In this document: piece after piece, positions 56,724 to 61,019 of the stretch | How positions within the stretch are numbered: position 1 is the stretch's first letter | How the letters are laid out: every line of letters begins with the position of its first letter | Assembly: GCA_963530755.1 (NCBI GenBank) | Contig: CAUSEU010000001.1 | Span: 1 to 61,019, forward strand | Length of the DNA: 61,019 nt | Direction: 5' to 3' | From: an uncultured Candidatus Saccharibacteria bacterium | GTDB taxonomy: Bacteria; Patescibacteriota; Saccharimonadia; Saccharimonadales; Saccharimonadaceae | Notes under the pieces: model-generated | What the model was told of the DNA's origin: nothing | What the model saw: only the letters and a program-made list of their open reading frames with translations | Database searches by the model: none | Made by a program: the position numbers and the translations under genes

Positions 56724-58355
56724 ATGGTAAAGCGAGTTAAGTCTATCGATGGGTTCGTGGTACGACCTCGACCGGTTAGCCAACCGACTAAGAAGCCGAT
56801 TTCTAAGGCCTCTACTATTGGTGTTGCTACCCCTCGTCGGGTGCCTAATCGTCGTCCGGTGATGACACCGGAAGATAAGTTACTGAGCGATATTGAGGAC
56901 TCTCTGTCACAAATTGGTGACCTGGACCTCGCTGACGAGATGCCGGCACATCCGACCAGACGTCGTCAGCGTCAAATGCCGGATCAGCCCAAGCTTAAGC
57001 CGAAGCGCCACTTATCCAAGGGTAAGATAATCAAGAGGATCGTCATCATTATCATCGTTGTCCTCTTAGGGATAGCCGGTTACTTAGGGGTGAAGGCACT
57101 GCTGGCCAGCGGTAAGATCTTTAAGGGTAATCCCCTAGCCATCTTTACCAATAAAACTCGCCTAGCGGAAGATAAAAACGGTCGAACCAATATTCTGATC
57201 TTCGGTACCTCGGGCTACTCGATGAGCGAGAATGCTTGGGACGGAGCCATGCTAACCGATTCGATCATGCTGGTATCCATTGACCAAGACAAGAATAACG
57301 CCTATATGATCAGCTTACCCCGAGACCTATACGTCAAGTATAAGTGCCCGGCTCTCGGTCGTACCTCAGGTAAGCTGAACGAGGTCTTTTACTGTGCTTA
57401 TACTAAGAATAAGGATGAGAAAGCCGGGGCACAGGCACTGATGGGCAAGGTCAGTGAGATCTTAGGACTAAACGTCCACTACTATATGCATGCCGACTGG
57501 ACGGCGCTAGTTCAGTCAGTTAATGCGGTTGGCGGAGTAGATGTCAAGATTGAGAGTACTGACCGACGAGGTATCTATGACTCGGGGACGAAGCTACGTT
57601 TTGCTAATGGTGAGATTGCTCACCTGGACGGTGAAAAGGCTCTGGCTCTGGCTCGAGCCCGCAATCACAACCCGGGTGACTATGGCTTGGCCGGCAGTAA
57701 CTATGACCGAGAGAAGAATCAACAAAAGATCCTAGCCGCCTTACAGCAGAAGGCCCTGGCGGTGGGGACGATCCTTAATCCCACCTCGGTGAATGGCTTG
57801 ATTAACAGTATGGGTGACAATCTGATCTCCAGCTTTGACACCAGCCATGTCCAGACACTTATCGGTGTCGCCTCGAAGCTTAAGCTAGCTGAGATCAAAC
57901 AGCTACCCTTCGTTGGACGGCATGATGGTGGTGAGGATCTAATCCAATCTTACTCCAGTGGCGGAGCTTATGTCGGCGAGGTGCCGGTAGCCGGTGTATT
58001 CGACTACTCGGTGATCCAAGCCTATATCGCTAAGAATCTCAGCAAGAATCCGGTAGTACGGGAGGGTGCGGTGATAGATGTACTGAATGGCTCGGGACAA
58101 GAAGGCTTAGCAGCCGGTAAGGCAGCCGGGCTAAAGACTGATGGCTATACTGTCGGGGTAGTCTCTAATGCGCCGGCTCTAGCTACACCGGCGGTGACGA
58201 TCTACCAGCTGAATAGTGCCATGGTCAAGACAGCCGAAGCACTCAAGCATAAATACAATGTTGAGCCGGTTCAGGGTGGGCTAGCCGGTTATCATACCAA
58301 GTCAGACTTCGTCATCGTTTACGGTGCCGGCTCGGCTACTACCGGTAGCCGTTAG
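56724..58355 (+). CDS. LCP (LytR-CpsA-Psr) family protein with LytR_C domain
   Basis: TNILIFG, TDSIML, ISLPRDL, VNAVGGVDV, LDGEKALALARAR, R..NQQ; C-terminal DVLNGSG..GLA. Start uncertain (56709 or 56724). Confidence 0.9.
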   Translation: MVKRVKSIDGFVVRPRPVSQPTKKPISKASTIGVATPRRVPNRRPVMTPEDKLLSDIEDSLSQIGDLDLADEMPAHPTRRRQRQMPDQPKLKPKRHLSKGKIIKRIVIIIIVVLLGIAGYLGVKALLASGKIFKGNPLAIFTNKTRLAEDKNGRTNILIFGTSGYSMSENAWDGAMLTDSIMLVSIDQDKNNAYMISLPRDLYVKYKCPALGRTSGKLNEVFYCAYTKNKDEKAGAQALMGKVSEILGLNVHYYMHADWTALVQSVNAVGGVDVKIESTDRRGIYDSGTKLRFANGEIAHLDGEKALALARARNHNPGDYGLAGSNYDREKNQQKILAALQQKALAVGTILNPTSVNGLINSMGDNLISSFDTSHVQTLIGVASKLKLAEIKQLPFVGRHDGGEDLIQSYSSGGAYVGEVPVAGVFDYSVIQAYIAKNLSKNPVVREGAVIDVLNGSGQEGLAAGKAAGLKTDGYTVGVVSNAPALATPAVTIYQLNSAMVKTAEALKHKYNVEPVQGGLAGYHTKSDFVIVYGAGSATTGSR

Positions 58356-59032
58356 ATTTTACCGGCAGCTAGGTAATTAATCTTCTTACCTTCGGCCAGA
58401 TAGCGTTCTTCGTAGGTGGTCTTGACGGTAGCGTCACCGGTTATCTTATCGCCGTATAGATCATGACTCAGCCGGTCAATCTGCCACTTTTCCGTAGTGA
58501 ACTGCTGAACCGACCAGTCAAATAAGTTGTCGTTATCGGTTTTCAGCTTGAGTCGACCATTAGGTGCCAGTAGCTGATGATAGCTGAGGAGGTGTTGTCG
58601 ATTAGTCAGGCGATGCTTGATATTTGATTCTTGTGGCCAGGGGTCAGGGAAGGTTAGCCAGATTGTTTGGATCAGCTGATCGGGCAGGAGACGTCGGAGA
58701 TTATCGGCATTTGACCAGAGATAGAGGATATTAGTAAGCTTTGACTCATTAGCTAACTTAGCGCCACGGTATAGCCGATCACTCTTACGGTCTAGAGCGA
58801 TAAACTGCCGTTCGGGATGAGCCTCGGCAAGCTTAGTCAGAAACAGTCCATCACCGGCACCAACCTCCAGGGTGAGCGGTAGTGAGTTATATAGGATAGA
58901 CTGCTTGGCTTCCTGCCACTCGGTCTCGCTATAACAATTAGCCAGTCTCGCAAAAGAGGCGAACTTATATAGCTTACGCTTCCTGGTGATGATATAGTTG
59001 TCAGGCTCTAGAGAGGGGTCAATATTCATCAT
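58352..59032 (-). CDS. trmB: tRNA (guanine-N7)-methyltransferase
   Basis: LEVGAGDG, FPDPWP...KHRL, LKTDN..LF, TTYEERY...G.KI. Confidence 0.92.
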   Translation of the reverse strand: MMNIDPSLEPDNYIITRKRKLYKFASFARLANCYSETEWQEAKQSILYNSLPLTLEVGAGDGLFLTKLAEAHPERQFIALDRKSDRLYRGAKLANESKLTNILYLWSNADNLRRLLPDQLIQTIWLTFPDPWPQESNIKHRLTNRQHLLSYHQLLAPNGRLKLKTDNDNLFDWSVQQFTTEKWQIDRLSHDLYGDKITGDATVKTTYEERYLAEGKKINYLAAGKI

Positions 59033-59898
59033 CCCTCAAGGTCGGCGATCGAGATGTCGGACTTCTGTAGATTAGAGACTAGGCGTTTGCGAAACTCAGC
59101 ACTAACCTTCCACTGGTAGCCGGGCATGGTAGTGCCGCTAACGGTCACATTGATACCTTCTTTACCAATCGTACCGAACTCGTCGTAATGCGGGGCGTCG
59201 ACGATGGCTTTACTCCAGGTACGATCACGAGCCATGTCCTCCCCCGTCTGATTAACCACTTTGATAATATCGTCAACATTAGTGCCGACATCGACGGCAA
59301 AGGTGAAACGAAACTTAGAGTAGCCTAAAGTGCGGTTAATTACTTCGGTGATAGAGCCGTTAGGGACGATGTGAACATTGCCATCTCGATCTCTTAGAGT
59401 AGTCTTACGCAAGGTGATGGAGCGAACCGTTCCCTCGACCGGGATGCTGGGGAAGCCGACCCCGGACAGGCGTACCACATCGTCAACCCGGTACTGATTT
59501 TCCAGTACGATCAGGAATCCGGCCAGCATATCTTTGACGACTGCCTGAGCACCAAAGCCGAGCGCCACGCCGATCACTCCGGCTGAGGCGATGACCGGCG
59601 CCAGGTTGATCCCCATATCAGTTAAGACGGTGTAGATAGCCGTCAGAATGATCATTAGCTTGATGATAAAAGAGAAGAGATCGGCTAGAGTCTTGGCTCG
59701 TTTCTGTCGCTCGATCTTATTTAGATTTGTCTCATATCGCTGTGCCTTAACGAAACGGTTGATGATAGTGTGGGCCAGAGGTTTAGTTGCTTTACATAGC
59801 AGATAAGCGACGACGATCGTCACTAGGATCTGAACCGAGTTTAGATCATTAAACCACTTGATCAAGCTATGCGCATAGTGAGCAATCATCTCATCCAT
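59029..59898 (-). CDS. Small-conductance mechanosensitive channel (MscS family)
   Basis: ASAGVIGVALGFGAQ.VVKDMLAG..I..ENQY, G.V..ITLRKT.LRD.DG.VHIVPNG.I..V.N. Confidence 0.92.
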   Translation of the reverse strand: MDEMIAHYAHSLIKWFNDLNSVQILVTIVVAYLLCKATKPLAHTIINRFVKAQRYETNLNKIERQKRAKTLADLFSFIIKLMIILTAIYTVLTDMGINLAPVIASAGVIGVALGFGAQAVVKDMLAGFLIVLENQYRVDDVVRLSGVGFPSIPVEGTVRSITLRKTTLRDRDGNVHIVPNGSITEVINRTLGYSKFRFTFAVDVGTNVDDIIKVVNQTGEDMARDRTWSKAIVDAPHYDEFGTIGKEGINVTVSGTTMPGYQWKVSAEFRKRLVSNLQKSDISIADLEG

Positions 59899-59921
59899 GG
59901 CTATATTGTAGCAGAGATTAG

Positions 59922-60527
59922 CTAGTTGTCATCCGACCTGACTTGGTTCGGGCTGGGAGTCGGTTTCTTGCGGAAGGGATTGTCCAGCTTGGGGTCAAGG
60001 AAGTGTGAACCCTCGCTGCTGGGCGAAGCTTGTTTCTGCTGGACTGTGGGAGCCTTGACGATAATTCGTTTCGGCTCAATCTTGATAATTTGCTGACGGT
60101 TAATCACCACATTAGCCACTAAGAACCTTTGTAGCAGGGTCGGCTTGACGTAGAGCTGACGAATCATAAAATTAACCGGGTCGACGGTAAAGCTATCTAC
60201 TTTACCTATCTTCTGGCGATGATCGTCTGATACGGGCAGCCCTGTGAGGAGAAAGTTGTAGTTAATCACTTCCAGCAGGCGCACCATCCCCTCGGGCGAT
60301 AGGATATTGTCTGACGAATCAACGATGGCGCCGATCTCGCCAAACTCTCGGATATCGTCGGTGAAGACTACGGCCGGCTTGAGATCTACTTTCGGACCAC
60401 TGACGTAAAAGGCAACGACCCGTAAATTGCGGGGGTTGATGATCGGGCTGTCGAGACGGGCTAGGGGCTGCCCGGTCTGCAGACTCATCACCGGTGCCCC
60501 GATCAGATGATTAATCCCTACTAACAT
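59922..60527 (-). CDS. PRC-barrel domain protein
   Basis: LIGAPVMSLQTG..L..L...IINP.NL and second repeat LTGLPV.D....KIGKV..F.VD. Confidence 0.75.
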   Translation of the reverse strand: MLVGINHLIGAPVMSLQTGQPLARLDSPIINPRNLRVVAFYVSGPKVDLKPAVVFTDDIREFGEIGAIVDSSDNILSPEGMVRLLEVINYNFLLTGLPVSDDHRQKIGKVDSFTVDPVNFMIRQLYVKPTLLQRFLVANVVINRQQIIKIEPKRIIVKAPTVQQKQASPSSEGSHFLDPKLDNPFRKKPTPSPNQVRSDDN

Positions 60528-60647
60528 ATTAGATATATTTTAGCATAAGAGCTATGAGGTGTTTTATCACCTAACCCAATGTGGTTATGTCTAGCGAGGT
60601 CGCTCTCTACTCCCATCTAACTATAATGGGTCTGATATAATAACTAT

Positions 60648-60692
60648 ATGACGAGATTATTCCTACAGCATCATCACCACTCCCATAATTAA
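60648..60692 (+). CDS. Histidine-rich leader peptide MTRLFLQHHHHSHN (HisL-like)
   Basis: ATG ACG AGA TTA TTC CTA CAG CAT CAT CAC CAC TCC CAT AAT TAA; ATG is 6 nt after TGATATAAT (60633-60641). Confidence 0.75.
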   Translation: MTRLFLQHHHHSHN

Positions 60693-60737
60693 GCAGGAGT
60701 TTATTGTTGTTATTTTGCCTCCTGCGGGAGGATTTTT
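60679..60737 (+). promoter_or_regulatory. Transcription attenuator (1:2, 2:3 antiterminator, 3:4 terminator)
   Basis: ACTCC (60679) pairs with GGAGT (60696); GCAGGAG (60693) pairs with CTCCTGC (60719); CCTCC-tgcg-GGAGG (60718-60731) followed by ATTTTT. Confidence 0.7.
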
Positions 60738-60761
60738 AATTGGTGAGATTCAAGGAAGGAA

Positions 60762-61019
60762 ATGAGTATGATACCGGATAAATTAAAACCAGGCGACGAA
60801 GTAAGGATAGTTGCACCCGCACGCTCAGCGAGTGATATCAGCAAGGTGACTCTACGACGAGCTCAGTCAACACTGGAGTCGGTTGGGCTAAGAGTTACAT
60901 TTAGCGATAATGCTTTCTCGCAAAATCAGCGGGGTTGCCCGACGGACGAAGAAAAGGTCAAAGATTTAGAAGAATCATTTACTGATAGTAATGTAAAGTG
61001 TATCTTAGCGGCTATTGGT
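60762..61019 (+). CDS. S66-family LD-carboxypeptidase / MccF-like peptidase (5' part; runs off the window)
   Basis: Manual translation MSMIPDKLKPGDEVRIVAPARS...LESVGLRV.FS.NAF...TDEEKVKDLEESFTDSNVKCILAAIG, the typical S66 N-terminus; SD AAGGAAGG. The catalytic Ser lies beyond the window. Confidence 0.85.
   Translation, partial: MSMIPDKLKPGDEVRIVAPARSASDISKVTLRRAQSTLESVGLRVTFSDNAFSQNQRGCPTDEEKVKDLEESFTDSNVKCILAAIG

Noticed and set aside
1..61019. Alternative genetic code (UGA recoding as in Gracilibacteria/Absconditabacteria)
   Set aside because: Conserved genes are full length under code 11, and TGA is used as a normal stop (murE, fic, gtrB).

Overview
Chromosomal window from a Saccharibacteria (TM7, Patescibacteria/CPR)-type genome; the taxon is inferred from gene content and synteny, not from a database search. 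It spans the replication origin (recF-dnaN-[oriC]-dnaA / rpmH-rnpA-yidC-jag). Left of oriC lie tsaD, murE, a HAD hydrolase, a class III Fic, four tRNAs, a GT39, an IS481-family element, pyrG, comF, hsp20, groES/EL (with CIRCE), and the Saccharibacteria-type T4SS genes (seven tandem VirB2/TrbC-like pilins, VirB6-like, VirB4, PrgI-like). Right of oriC is a ~21 kb surface-glycan locus (GtrA/B, GT2/GT4s, Wzm/Wzt, acyltransferase, glf, Wzy/WaaL-like, priming transferase, LCP) that also contains an LGFP-repeat protein. The most notable unannotated signals are: (1) a complete ribosome-mediated histidine attenuator (leader MTRLFLQHHHHSHN with alternative antiterminator/terminator stems) in front of an S66/MccF-like peptidase rather than his genes; (2) an IS481 element with a ~340-nt structured non-coding 5' region, inserted into a terminator; (3) a tRNA-Pro trailer with a duplicated 3' end and an antisense segment; (4) pervasive leaderless extended -10 promoters; (5) a ~110-nt promoter-to-terminator RNA inside the T4SS locus.
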